Shown: one piece after another, positions 26,620 through 39,845 of the stretch
How the letters are laid out: each line of letters starts with the position of its first letter
How positions within the stretch are numbered: the stretch's first letter is position 1
NCBI GenBank assembly: GCA_951406725.2
Contig: OX597834.1
Span: 23,622,001-23,686,000, forward strand
Reading direction: 5' to 3'
Length of the DNA: 64,000 bases
Origin: Octopus vulgaris
Lineage: Eukaryota
Notes under the pieces: model-generated
Database searches by the model: none
What the model was told of the DNA's origin: nothing
Seen by the model: only the letters and a program-made list of their open reading frames with translations
Program-made: the position numbers and the translations under genes

Positions 26620-26748
26620 GCGAAGGTAAAGAATACGCACACCACCTGTTTTCGGCGTTTAGGGTTTAGGTTAGGTTTAAGGTTAGGGACAGAGTTACGT
26701 TTAGGGTTACGCCGAAAACGGCTGGTGTGCGTATTCTTTACTTCTCCC
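26620..26748. mobile_element. Small TIR element with telomere-like core
   Basis: TIRs of about 38 bp (aaagaatacgcacacca..ttttcggcgt) flank TTAGG(G) repeats; TSD actcatac(t). The same TIR occurs at 54860-54900. Confidence 0.7.
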
Positions 26749-26983
26749 ACTCATACTAACAAACACACACTATACACACGCACAGGTGCACTCATACATA
26801 AACAAGCACTCACACACGCACATACTTTTTTTAATAAAAAAAAACAAAACAATAATAACTGGAATGTGGTTTTCAACAATGAGCAGAGATGACTGACAGT
26901 ACCAGTAAGTGTTTTGGGGATATACAATGTCTTGCGTCTCATGTTTATGGGATCTTCAAAATAAATAGGGGATAAAATCAATA

Positions 26984-27541
26984 CACCGTCTTCTCGACTT
27001 ACGACCGAGTTCCGTTCCGACTGCCGGGTCGTAAGTCAATCTGGTTGTATGTCGGGTTTATGTTTTCCAACCGGCAAGCTGGAAAGGCGGTGAGCTGGCA
27101 GAATCGTTAGCACGCCGGGCGAAATGCGTAGCCGTATTTCGTCTGTCGTTACGTTCCGAGTTCAAATTCCGCCGAGGTCGACTTTGCCTTTCATCCTTTC
27201 GGGGTCGATTAATTAAGTACCAGTTACGCACTGGGGTCGATGTAATCGACTTAATCCGTTTGTCTGTCCTTGTTTGTCCCCTCTGTGTTTAGCCCCTTGT
27301 GGGTAATAAAGAAATATATTTTCACACAAATGCAACTGATGCTTGAAAGCGACTGAGAGACAATGGCTGGCAGTGGATGCCTGGGTCTGAGGGGAGGGGG
27401 CCTGCGTTGCCAGATGCTGCCATAGTTATCGTACGTGCAGCTGCCCAACGTCCGAAAATCAATTTTATATTTATTTATTTTTTATTCCCTTATTCTTTTG
27501 TGGTCGCAAGTGCGGATGGTCGTAAGTCGAGGAGAATGTCT
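26984..27541. mobile_element. Tigger-like MITE with a SINE inserted
   Basis: Inverted ends ctcgacttacgacc...ggtcgtaagtcgag; SINE at 27085-27316. Confidence 0.6.
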
Positions 27542-27961
27542 ATGTGTACATACATGTATGCATGCATACATACATAAATACATACATACATACAGACAAA
27601 CAGACAGACAGACAGGCAGGCAGACAGACATATGTACATACATACACACATACATAAGGAGTTTTCATCAACTGGCGTGACGTGATGGGTGTGCTCTATG
27701 AGTGCTCAGTTCAGTTTATCATTAAGACTCCAGCTTGAACGGCAACTGAAAGTGTGATGTAGAGACTGTTTATCAAAGGCAGCTGGAAGTGGGTTTTTCT
27801 AATTTATTTATTTATTTATTTTTGAGTGGATGGATATAGATTAAAACTTAAAAAATGAAAAAACGAAACATTTACCACCACTCAAAAACATTTAATTGAG
27901 ATAGAGAAAATAAGGAAATAGAGACTCTTACAGCTGTATGTTGTACATACATACATACATA

Positions 27962-28610
27962 TCAGGTAGAGTAAAAAGGAAGCAACGTTTTGAACCATGA
28001 AGAATTAGTACCAGATTTTTGCAGAGTTTTGAATTTTTAAAAACATTTTTTGCAATTGTATGATAATACAGGCATGGGCTTTTCCAAATGCATCAATAAA
28101 TTAACATTGATGTATTTTTCACTGTTGTTACAATCATCTGAAATGAAACTGTCAAAATGAGATATTTGAGCAATTTGGCTATTCAACTTCAAAAAAGGAT
28201 GTAAAGCAGCTGAAACTGCTTGTGATATCAGTGAAATGTTTGGTGAGGAAATGACCAGTGAGTGGTCAGCTCGAAAATGGTTTAAACAATTTCATAGTGG
28301 AGAACTGAGCCTCGAAGATCATGAGAGTAGTGGACGCCTATCTGTCATCGATGATGGTCAATTACAGACCGTCATTGAGAAAGATCCACGTAAAACCACT
28401 CAAGAACTGGCAAAAGAACAAGTTAGCCAGAAAACTGCCGGCAACAATTTGCATGCTATCAGAAAATCAAGAAAGTTCAACAAATGGGTACCACACGATT
28501 TGGATGAAAATGAGAAAACATACAGATATGAAATTTGCTCATTGCTTCTTCTCCGTAACCAAACTGATCCATTTCTCAACCGTATTTGTAACTGGCGATG
28601 AAAAGTTGTG
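27962..28610 (+). pseudogene. mariner (Tc1/mariner) transposase, 5' part, decayed
   Basis: KKGCKAAETA..MFGEEMTSEWSARKWFKQFHSGELSLED..SGR..WVPHDL..FLNRI / VTGDEK, with stops and a frameshift. Confidence 0.9.
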
Positions 28611-29338
28611 AGTCTGGCACCTTAAACCACTTAACAAAGTGCCTTCATTTCATGTCTTTTTCATCATACATATACATAGATGCACACACACACACAAATA
28701 TCTTTTATGCTTTACCTGTTCCAGTCACGAGACTGTGACCATGCTGGGGCACCATCTTAAAGAGTTTTTAGTCAAACAAATCGACCTCAGGACCTTTTTT
28801 TAAAAGCCTGATACTTATTCTATCGATCTCTTTTGTCGTACTGCTAAGTTACAGAGACATAAACAAACCAATGCCAGTTGTCACACAGTGGTGGAGGACA
28901 AACACAGGCACGAAAACACACAGATATACATGTATGTATATATATACACACACACACACATATACGACGGGCTTCTTTAAGTTTCCATCTACCAAATCCA
29001 CTGACAAGGCTTTGGTCAGTGTGAGGTTATAGTAGAAGACATTCGCCTTAGGTGCCATGCAGTGGGACTGAACCCAGAACGATGTGGACGGGAAGCAAAC
29101 TTCTTACCACACGCCCATATTTTTTTTTTTTTACTTGTTTCAGTCATTTGACTGCGGCTATGCTGGAGCACCGCCTTTAATCGAGCAACTCGACCCTGGG
29201 ACTTATTCTTTGTAAGCCCAGTACTTATTCTATCGGTCTCTTTTGCTGAACCGCTAAGTGATGGGGACATAAACACACCAGCATCGGTTGTCAAACAATG
29301 CTAGGGGGGAAAACACAGACACACAAACACACACACAT

Positions 29339-29378
<40 letters not shown>

Positions 29379-30117
29379 GACAGGTTTCTTTCAGTTTCCG
29401 TCTACCAAATCTACTCACAAGGCTTTGGTCGACCCGAGGCTATAGTAGAAGACACTTGCCCAAGGTGCCACGCAGTGGGACTGAACCCGGAACCATGTAG
29501 TTGGTAAACAAGCTACTTACCACACAGCCACTCCTGCGCCTATATATATATATATATAATACATATGTTTTGCACTATAAACACATAATCATCATACACA
29601 CACACACACACACACGCACACTCACAAACACACACACGTACGTCACCCACACCCAGCTCCCCACACACACACACACCACCACCACCACCATCCCCACCAA
29701 TCACTGACGCAACAAGCACAAAAGCAATAAAAGGAAAAAAGAAATATGACCCTCTTAGGCAGGTGGAAACAGAGTTTAATGATTTTATGGTTTATAGACT
29801 TGTTTGTTCTTTGACATGTTTCAGTCATTGGCTTGTGGCCATGCTGGAGTATTGCTTTATAAGATTTACAGGGAGGTAAATAAACCAACACTGGTGTTCA
29901 AGCAGTGCCTGGTGGGGGGGACACATAGTTACACATACACACACACATTCATATACATACTCACACACACACACATATACATATCCAAAGCACACATACA
30001 TACAGATACATACACACTCTCCACACACACACACACATGCACTCATACACACACCCACACATATTCATATGCACACACACACACTCAAACATACACACAC
30101 ATATGTATATACACACT

Positions 30118-30308
30118 CTTTCTCCATCTGGGTTGCGGATCCGTGGAATAAGCTGCCGGACGAGATAGTGAAGATGCCGACGACCGCTCGGTTCAAAGTC
30201 TCCCTTGACCACAAATGGCCTGAACTCTTTGCATGAACACCGCCCTGTACATAACTCCATGTCCCCCTACATGGCCTTGCTTTTTGTTTTTTGAGCCAAA
30301 AAATTAAC
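30118..30308 (+). mobile_element. CR1-group LINE 3' end
   Basis: FSIWVADPWNKLPDEIVKMPTTARFKVSLDHKW. Confidence 0.75.
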
Positions 30309-30470
30309 ACACATTATGCTCACACTTACACACAGACCAATATCCACAATAATTGTTAATTAATAATTGTTAATTAGTAATGGTACCAAATTTTGGCACA
30401 AGGCCAGCAGTTTCAGGAGGGGATATGTCAGTTACATCGTTCCTCCAGTGTCCAACTGGTACCTGTTTAA

Positions 30471-31027
30471 CCCCTTTGTTACCATATTTCTGTTGAGATG
30501 TTCTGTATTTCCTTTCAATTAATTTTAAATATAACAAAGAATTTACTAAAATGGCTCCAGTGCCGGTGACACATAAAAAGCACCATCCGAACGTGGCCGA
30601 TGCCAGCGCCGCCTTAGCTGGCTTCCATGCCGGTGGCACGTTAAAAGCACCAACCGATCGTGGCCGATGCCGGACCGCCCTGGCACCTGTGCATGTGGCA
30701 CGTAAAAAGCACCCACTACACTCGCAGAGTGGTTGGCATTAGGAAGGGCATCCAGCTGTAGAAACTCTGCCAGATCAGACTGGAGCCTGGTGCAGCCCCT
30801 GGCTTCCCAGACCCCGGTCGAACCGTCCAACCCGTGCTAGCGCGGAAAACGGACGTTAAACGATGATGATTATGATGATGATGATGATGAACTTAGTTAT
30901 CATTAAGCTATTGTTAGGAGCATAAATTGTGACTAAGGTTTGGTGGAAGACTTTTAATTTAGAACTTTTGAAAAAAAACATTTGTACTACAGAACCGGAG
31001 GCAGTTTCAGGTGGGTTGGTAACAAGG
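30471..31027. mobile_element. piggyBac-type MITE interrupted by an RTE 3' fragment (about 30552-30889) and itself inside a SINE
   Basis: TTAA flanks; the two halves match 4621-4841. Confidence 0.75.
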
Positions 31028-31258
31028 TTAATTGACTCCATAGGAAGAAAGGCAAAGTCAACCGTGATAGACAAAATACCATAAAGCGTTTTGCTTGACT
31101 TGCTAACAAAGTCTATCAGTTTGCCGCCTTATTTTTACTCAGTGAAGAAATATCGAAAACAAGGTGCGTAAGCACGAACTTGCATACAGTATGAAGTCAG
31201 CCATGTGAAAAAGTTACGTCATCTCATTATGCTTCCTTCTCCAGCATACGTAAACAAC

Positions 31259-31293
<35 letters not shown>

Positions 31294-32211
31294 TGCGTGC
31301 GCGTGTGTGTGTGTGAGTGTATATATATATATATGTGTGTGTGTATGTATATATATGTGTGTATATACATACATATATATATACAGGTGGAGTTCTGGTT
31401 TAAGCATCTTTTATATTTTGGGGTATTTTCAGAAAATTTTAACCAATTTGTGTTCTACACATAGAAATTCATATGATTATACAAAAAAAGAAAATATTTT
31501 TTGTGTGATTTAAGGGAGATTTAGCTGTTATTTTTAGCACATCCCATCACTACCTGATACCTTCCTCGTTTCTTTGTCACACTAATATATATTGATGTTT
31601 TTCAATATTTTTCTCCCCATAAGCACATTTAAAAATATTAACCTTCCTCTGATATTGCTGCACTTTTTATGTGACCAAACCTTACACCAAGTGCATCTTT
31701 TCTACAGATCGAGCAGGGCCATCTACCTGAAGGGATTTGTGATTTGTCTACCTTCCTACTTACTAAAACTAAGAAGTTAGTTGAAGGTAGAGGAGGAGAG
31801 TTAAAAATATAATTTTAGCAGATGGGTGATGATCTGATGGTCTGATGGTGAGGTTAAAAGAAGAGAGGGGGAGGGAGAGAGATGGTGAGGGTGGCAGATA
31901 GTGAAAAGTGTATTTTTTTTAATTGAACTAAGTTTTTTAATATCACCTATCATTTAATGCATGCATATAAGTGCAATTCTGTGAAATATTCATGCTCATT
32001 TAAGTGACAGACATATGCAATTTAACTACAGGTTGTATCATATGTATGGGATATTTTTTTTGCTTTTGGGAAAAATGGAAAAATACGAGTGAATATTTAT
32101 CTTGAGTGATGTGTATCAAGTCTATAAAATTATACATAGAGTATATAAAGTGTAAATGTGACCTCGTGTGTACCTTTGGCGATTTTTTTCCTCTGTCTTT
32201 CCTTCTCCTAT

Positions 32212-32246
32212 GTTTCCGACGAAGAGCTCTGCTCGAAACGTTAAAC
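32212..32246 (+). ncRNA. Ultra-minimal hammerhead-like motif (Penelope-like end)
   Basis: gttt-CCGACGA-a-gagc-tct-gctc-GAAAC-GTT-aaac; a decayed relative lies at 7149-7186. Confidence 0.55.
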
Positions 32247-32839
32247 CCTCCTCCTTTCCTTCTTTCCTGAGCATCCAATAATACTATATTTGTTCCATGT
32301 CCTCGTGTTGTGTTTTTTTGTGCTTTCTTGTTTGGATTAACTAATATATATGAAGTGCATTAAGTAATCATCATATTCCAATTTCTTTCACTTTTCAATA
32401 AGAAGCAGATGAGTGACTATCTTTCCATACAGACACAACACAGGCTATGCTTTCAGGCTTTTTGAATAAAGATTTCAGAAACCACCCAAAAGGTGTACCA
32501 TTTATTCCATGAAATATTCACAGGTCCCGCTAGTTTGTGTGTGTGTGTGTGTGTAAATATATATATTAAAAAATTAATAAATGTGCCCTTTTAAAGCTCA
32601 TGGGCCCGGTGTCCCGGTTTCAATGGCGTATGTGTTCCCCAGCTGGATGGAACACCAGCGTTACTCCTTTTTGCCAGCTGAGTGAACTGGAGCAACGTGA
32701 AATGAAGTGTCTTGCTCAAGAACACAATGCATTGCCCAGTCCAGGAATTGAAACCACAATCTTATTATCATGATGCTGACACCCTAACCACTAAGCCATG
32801 CGCCTCCACCTATATATAAAACTAAAAACTAAAATAACA

Positions 32840-33156
<317 letters not shown>

Positions 33157-35695
33157 AACTTCTTTCAGTTTCTGCCTACTGAATCCACTCACAAGTCTTT
33201 GGTCAGCTGGAGTCTTTAGAAGAAGTCATTAGCCCAAGGTGCCGCACAGTAGGGCTGAACCTGGAACCATATGGTTGGGAAGGAAACTTCTTACCACACA
33301 GCCATACCAGCACCTATAAACATGTTTATCTGGCCTTGTTTATTGACTGCCTTTCATTTACGAAATATTTGTTTATCTAAATGAAAATTTCAACCCACAA
33401 AAATGAAAGGAATGTCGGCAACCTTTCATACACCTGCCACCTATTTTCAATGAATGGATGACAACAAAATCACAAAAACGATGCCCCACCCTTCTGTCCA
33501 ATAATCTTTACACAAGCCATCACAGCCAGAAATTCAAGTTTTGTATCCTGTATGGCAATTTCTTTAGACCAAAATACAGACTATAAATATTTGATCTGAA
33601 AGGGTAATGTCAGAAAATAGTTTATTCATGATAAACTTAGGGTTTCATATTTTATTTCTGTCTACAGTTTTTATATAGTTTTTACACTCACAAAATCCAT
33701 CGTTGTCAAGGAGCATTTTCTGGTTACATAGTATTCCCACTAGTATTGGTGCCAAGAAAAAAAGCACCCAGGGCACTCTATAAGGTGGTTGGCACTAAGA
33801 AGGGTGACTAACCATAAAACCCATGCCAAAGCAGACATAGGGGCTTGGTGGCTGGTAATAAAGTCACAGGAAAAGAAATCACAGTAATAAAGTTACAATT
33901 TTGGTAAGGTAAAAAAAGTTACATTTAATTTATGGGATCCAGACAAAACCCCACTGGGACAACCCCCACCCCTGGACAAAACTGCTCCAGTCAAAACCAC
34001 TGTGACTTTTTTACCTGGATTCAGAAGACCAATGCAACCCTCTGGATCATCAGATCCTGTGGAACTGTCTAACTCATGCCAACACAGAAGTCATATATTA
34101 AATGCTGCTGATGATGATGATACTCATAATGTATCTTTTACTTGTTTCAGTCATTGAACTGTGGCTATGCTGGGGCAATGCCTTGAACTGTTTAGTCAAA
34201 CAAATCAACTCCACTACTGTTTTTTCATAAATCAGGTACCTATCCCATCGATCATTGGACATAAACAAACCAACACCAGTCAAGTAGTGGTGGTGGGGGG
34301 ACAACATATACATAAACACACACACACATATCTATATATGTATATGACAAGCTTCCACCCAGTTTCCATCTATCAAATTCAATCAGAAGGTATTAGTCGG
34401 CCTGGGGTTATAATAGAAAACATTTGTCCAAGGTGTCGCACAGTGGAACTGAACCCAAAACCTATGTATTTGTAAATCATACTGCTTAATCACACAGCCA
34501 TGCTGTCTTCCCACCCTACCCCCAATCAGTTAAAGTTTGGTTAAACTGAAATAAATTGATGACACAGCATAGAATTTATATTTTGGCTTCCTTGGCATAA
34601 ACTTGTATATATAAAGTCTAGACAACTAAATACATAAATACAACTTCTATATATAAACAAAACTATATATAAAGTTGATTACACTGTGTATATATATATA
34701 AAGCCTTGGCATTATACACACACACACACATATATATATACATACATATGATACACACATACATACATATGATATATATATATATGTATTTTGAAATAAT
34801 TTCTATATGTAATCTACACACCTATATATACATACACACACACACAAATGTGCATGCACTTTAAAGCAATATCTATATATAGTCTATACACACACACACA
34901 TAGACACGCCTTCTATAAATAAACCTCATTGATTTGGAATTTTTCAGTAAATAATGAAGTGGGAATTTAATAATAGTCTGTCATTCATTTATAGGCATGT
35001 AAGGGTACGCATGTATACGTATGTATGTGTATAAGTGTTTGTAACTCTAGATACACGTGTATATGTGTGTGTATGTATATATATATATATATATGTATCA
35101 GTGTGTGTGCTCATGCATGAATATATATGTTTGTGTATGTGTGTGTATATGTATATACAAGTATGTATGTATGTATATGTATATATATATATTTATATAA
35201 ATATATGTACACATACATTGAAACACATTGTTATTTGTTCAAAAGTGTGTCGTGAGTAAATAGAACATTAGTGAACCAAACACTGCCCTACAGAACCCAT
35301 TGTTGGTCCACCCTGACCGCCTACCTCTCTCTCTCTCTATCTCACACCTACAGCATAGCAACCACAACACAAACCATTGTGGCGCCCCTGTTTTTTTGTT
35401 TAATCTGTAAAGAGAGCAGCCAAATATGCTGTCCTAAAAATGAATGAACATAGGCACAGGCGTGGCTGTATAGTAAGAAGCTTACTTACCAACCACATGG
35501 TGCCTGGTACCTTGGGCAAGTGTCTTCTCGTACTATAGCCTCGGGCTGACCAAAGCCTTGTGAGTGGATTTGGTAGATGGAAACTGATGAATATGGTACT
35601 TAGATTGAGGCACCAGAATTTAGTACAGTATTATCCATACAATTTCAAAATAAGGTGAATAAAATCAAAATAAGTAACAAGGATATCCGGCGGTA

Positions 35696-35783
35696 ATGCA
35701 GTACGATCGTTTCAAGCAACTCCATTTAATTGAACAATGCAATCATTACATCAATTTAAATGCAGAGCAATCCTCAGCTGCAT
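35696..35783 (-). ncRNA. Type I hammerhead ribozyme with extended stem II
   Basis: Minus strand ATGCAG-CTGAGGA-[about 57 nt hairpin]-GAAAC-GATC-GTA-CTGCAT; 6-bp stem I and ACGATCGT palindromic stem III. Confidence 0.75.
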
Positions 35784-36198
35784 AAATACTTAGAATTTAG
35801 TTAAATTGAAACAGATGGACACATTATGGATACATTAGTATAATTTTACTAATCCATTAGTAATGAATGCATTAGTATAATTTTACCTAAAATCTCCAAG
35901 AAGGTAAGGAGATAGAAAAAGAACATGCTGCCTTCACTTCAGCTTAGAAGCTACTAAGGTATCAGGAAGAAAGACTTGTTACAGATTTTGCTTGTTACTA
36001 TTTTATGGGGTCATTTTTAATTTATAAACTAGTTTTATCAAATCTTTGTATATTTGAGGCCTGAGAGAACAAGGAGTAGTGTCTGTTAGGAATGGGGCTG
36101 AGGGATAAATCATAAAAAACTATCAAGAGATTTGGTAAAGGGAACCTTAAATCAAGATGTTAGCTGACAATTAAGGGGGCCGGCCACTAGCAGACCAA

Positions 36199-36240
<42 letters not shown>

Positions 36241-36334
36241 TTAGAGACAAAACCACTATTTTGCAAATCAAACAAAGAAAGACTTAATCCAATACATAAA
36301 AAAATTTAATATAAATTGAATAAAATTAAATTCG

Positions 36335-36380
36335 CCACTACAATTGTTTCGTGTCTCTTCTAAGGACATTCATCAGGTGG
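36335..36380 (-). ncRNA. Hammerhead ribozyme, inverted copy of 36434-36479
   Basis: Exact reverse complement within the 36236-36578 palindrome. Confidence 0.85.
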
Positions 36381-36433
36381 ATTTCAGATCTTCTATTCAA
36401 TTTTAAGTTAAAATTGAATAGAAGATCTGAAAT

Positions 36434-36479
36434 CCACCTGATGAATGTCCTTAGAAGAGACACGAAACAATTGTAGTGG
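36434..36479 (+). ncRNA. Type I minimal hammerhead ribozyme (Penelope-like end)
   Basis: ccac-CTGATGA-a-tgtc..gaca-c-GAAAC-aatt-GTA-gtgg: intact core, stems I and II, palindromic stem III, GUA cleavage triplet. Confidence 0.85.
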
Positions 36480-36662
36480 CGAATTTAATTTTATTTAATT
36501 TATATTAAATTTTTTTATGTATTGGATTAAGTCTTTCTTTGTTTGATTTGCAAAATAGTGGTTTTGTCTCTAATTAATATTATATAATATTTTACTATAA
36601 AATTGGATTCAATCCTAAATCTGATTTTCCCTGTAAATTTGGATTTATTCCCTAATATTTAT

Positions 36663-36705
<43 letters not shown>

Positions 36706-36709
<4 letters not shown>

Positions 36710-36932
36710 AATAACAATAAAAACAAAGGGTAAAATTAATTAATTAAGAAGTAATCAATAATTTCACCAAGTAGAATTCGGTATGAAAAAAGGACCATTT
36801 CACGGTAAACTTAAGTAATACTTAATAAAAAGGGTTCAGCAAAGATTTGCTTTACCACATACCGAAGTTTAGAAATAGCAGCCTTCGGTATGTGGTAAAG
36901 CAAATCTTTGCTGAACCCTTTTTATTAAGTAT
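36706..36932 (-). mobile_element. Second Penelope-like hairpin-plus-tail insertion in (TA)n
   Basis: Perfect 50-bp inverted arms (36818-36867 and 36883-36932), a 15-nt loop and an unpaired tail; TA repeats on both sides. Confidence 0.55.
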
Positions 36933-36941
36933 ATATATAAC

Positions 36942-37190
36942 ACTTTGATCACTTCACTTTGACCGACCAGTCCGTCAGGCGTCCATTTGACACCGCTGGT
37001 CACAGCACGCTGTCCACTCCTCTCTGGATCGCGCCTTTCTCATCCACGTGATCCCAATCGTCCTCTTGAAATCGTCACTCCACCGTCGTGGAGGTTTTCC
37101 GGGTGGTCTTTTCCGCTCACGTGGGTACCACTCGACAACTGCGTGCATCCACCGATTATCGGTGAGCCGGGCAACGTGTCCAGCCCATCT
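36942..37190 (-). mobile_element. Young RTE LINE 3' end (second family)
   Basis: WAGHVARLTDNRWMHAVVEWYPRERKRPPGKPPRRWSDD with an aagtg-repeat tail. Confidence 0.85.
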
Positions 37191-37193
37191 ATA

Positions 37194-37229
<36 letters not shown>

Positions 37230-37752
37230 TGCAGTATGTTAAAATGGTTTAAGAAATTTGCTCTGCAACCACAAGGTCCTATTTTCAATCCTACAGCCCC
37301 TTCAGTTTCAGCTGAAACCCTAAACTGTGAGTGAAACTAAGTGATCTGTCTGGTTGTCTGTCAGTCCCTATAATAAAGTGGGTGAGAGTGTAATCTGTTC
37401 CCTGGACAGGACACTAGTCTATGACAGATAACATTTCCCCATATGATCCAGGATTTGCAGCATTATCTGGGGAAATTTTGTGTCAGAATGTAGCCCTAGG
37501 TGAATTGTGGTCATGTTCTAGTCTCCCCTTCCAGATGCACCATCAAAGGAGGAGCATGGTAGGCCACATCATCAGTGGGGTAACATAATAACCTGAAGTA
37601 AGAATTGGAGATTAAAAAAAAAATCAGTTACAACAAAAGAAAAACATTAACAACAGCAGGAACAATATTTTAATTGCTTTATTATTATTGTGTGTGTGTG
37701 CGTGTGTGTAACTGAAGTATTGCAAGAAAAGTGTTTATTTTTAACAACCACT

Positions 37753-37894
37753 TTAATAGTTAGCTGTTGAGTCAAGCTCCAGAACTAGTGTTGCTGTCGG
37801 GACAAGACCACACTCTTCAATGGTTGCGTCTGGATCATCGAGAACCCTACGTGGGAATGTCGACAGAATCTTGTATGATGGACTGAAAGCAGGC
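37753..37894 (-). CDS. UBXN11: UBX domain protein 11, terminal coding exon
   Basis: TAG acceptor, phase 2; PAFSPSYKILSTFPRRVLDDPDATIEECGLVPTATLVLELDSTANY* carries the UBX FPR loop and GLVP motif. AATAAA on the minus strand at 37734-37739. Confidence 0.92.
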
Positions 37895-37919
37895 CTACAT
37901 CAGGAGAAGGAGGAAGAGG

Positions 37920-37958
<39 letters not shown>

Positions 37959-38069
37959 TATGACACACTAGGCATAACAACAACATGAACTTCCAGCCTG
38001 TTGTCTCTTGAGGTCTCTGGGTGAGACTTGGAGCCAACTTGTACAAATATAAAGCAAAAGTCAAACATA

Positions 38070-38102
<33 letters not shown>

Positions 38103-39771
38103 TAATAATAATAATAATAATAATAATGGTTTCAAATTTTGACACAAGGCCAGCAATTTCGAGGGATTGGGTAAGTTGATCACATCAGTCCTAGTGCTCG
38201 ACTGGCACTTCTTTTATTGACCCTAAAAGGATGAAAGGCAAAGGTGACCTCCCTGGGATTTGAACTCAAAACATAAAGATGTATGAAATGCTGCTAAGCT
38301 TTTTGCCCGCCACAGTAACAATTTTGCCAGCTAACCCTATAATAATGATAACAATGGTGATTCCTTTATTGATCACAAAGGGTTTGCATAAAAAAAAAAA
38401 CCCATTATGGATGGCACAGAACGAAACATTGAATGTGTGCAGGGTTATCAGGGTTTTGTGTGCAAACAGGTTTAACGTAAAAAAAAAACCCCCCAGAAAA
38501 ATAGCATTTTAAAAATATGTGATCCTCAATAGGGAAGAGATGTTCAAGGGATGCTCATGGAAAAACTCCATAAAATCATGAATGCCCTGACTTCTGAGGC
38601 AGGTGCTGTTTCTCAGGTCCTTGTCTCCAATTTACAGGTGTATATTCAGAGCAGGCCCATTAACTCACGGCATGGTCACCACTCTCGCACATTACAACAA
38701 AATGGCTAGAAGGCAACGCTTCCTTCTTTCTCCACCTGTGGGATTCACAACTTCATCTGTAAACATGAGAGGCACTACACACACATACACACACACACTT
38801 CATCTGTAAAAACATACACACATATACACACATATACACACACACATACAAACACAAACACATACACACATATACACAAATATACATACCCACATACACA
38901 TACACACACACATATACACACACACATATACACATACACATGCACACATATACTTCATCTGTAAACATACACACACACACATACACACACTTCATCTGTA
39001 AACACACAGACATGCTCATACACACAGACACACTCACTCAGGCATATAGACACACTCAACAACTTGCTCACACACACACACACACACACACATGCAGCCA
39101 TTATATTGATTCGTTTAATATTGTTTTTAGTGTGAAAACAATGTTGACATTGTTGTTGCTGTATGATGTGTCAGTGTTACGGGGGTTCATCTCTGTCCTG
39201 GTCATCTTACAGGTCACCAAATCTGGCCAACAAGAGACAGATCCGTGGTTTGTGTTGTCTCTCTGACAATAACCTATTGTCCAATAAATATCCTGTAATA
39301 GTTTTGAACCTTCCTGGACGATGTGAGATTGATGTGTGTTGTTGGTGAGGTTCATAATTTGTCATAAACAGCAAACTAACAACAATAACAAGAACAACAG
39401 CAGCCACAACAACAATAACAGCAGCAGTAACAACAGTTATTAATAAGATGAGCTGAAATTAATGCATGCATGATTTCACAGCTCTAGCATCATTTTGTCA
39501 TAGTCAACACAAACTTTTAAGCCCACATTTGTGTGTATACATATACTCTTTACTCTTTTACTCTTTTACTTGTTTCAGTCATTTGACTGCGGCCATGCTG
39601 GAGCACCGCCTTTAATCGAGCAACTCGACCCCGGGATTTATTCTTTTGTAAGCCCAGTACTTATTCTATCGGTCTCTTTTGCCAAACCACTAAGTAACGG
39701 GGACATAAACACACCAGCATCGGTTGTCAAGCAATGCTAGGGGGACAAACACAGACACACAAACACACACA

Positions 39772-39845
<74 letters not shown>

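Larger units (their letters stand above)
36236..36668 (+). mobile_element. Penelope-like element end: inverted pseudo-LTR plus tail, inserted in (TA)n
   Basis: 171-bp arms centred on 36407 with one visible mismatch, an unpaired 3' tail of about 90 bp, (TA)n on both sides and a hammerhead in each arm. Confidence 0.75.

Noticed and set aside
26658-26709. Chromosome-fusion telomere relic
   Set aside because: The repeats are short, degenerate and enclosed by TIRs with a TSD, so they are transposon cargo.
36818-36932. pre-miRNA hairpin
   Set aside because: A perfect 50-bp stem with an unpaired tail in (TA)n fits a Penelope-type inversion better than a miRNA precursor.
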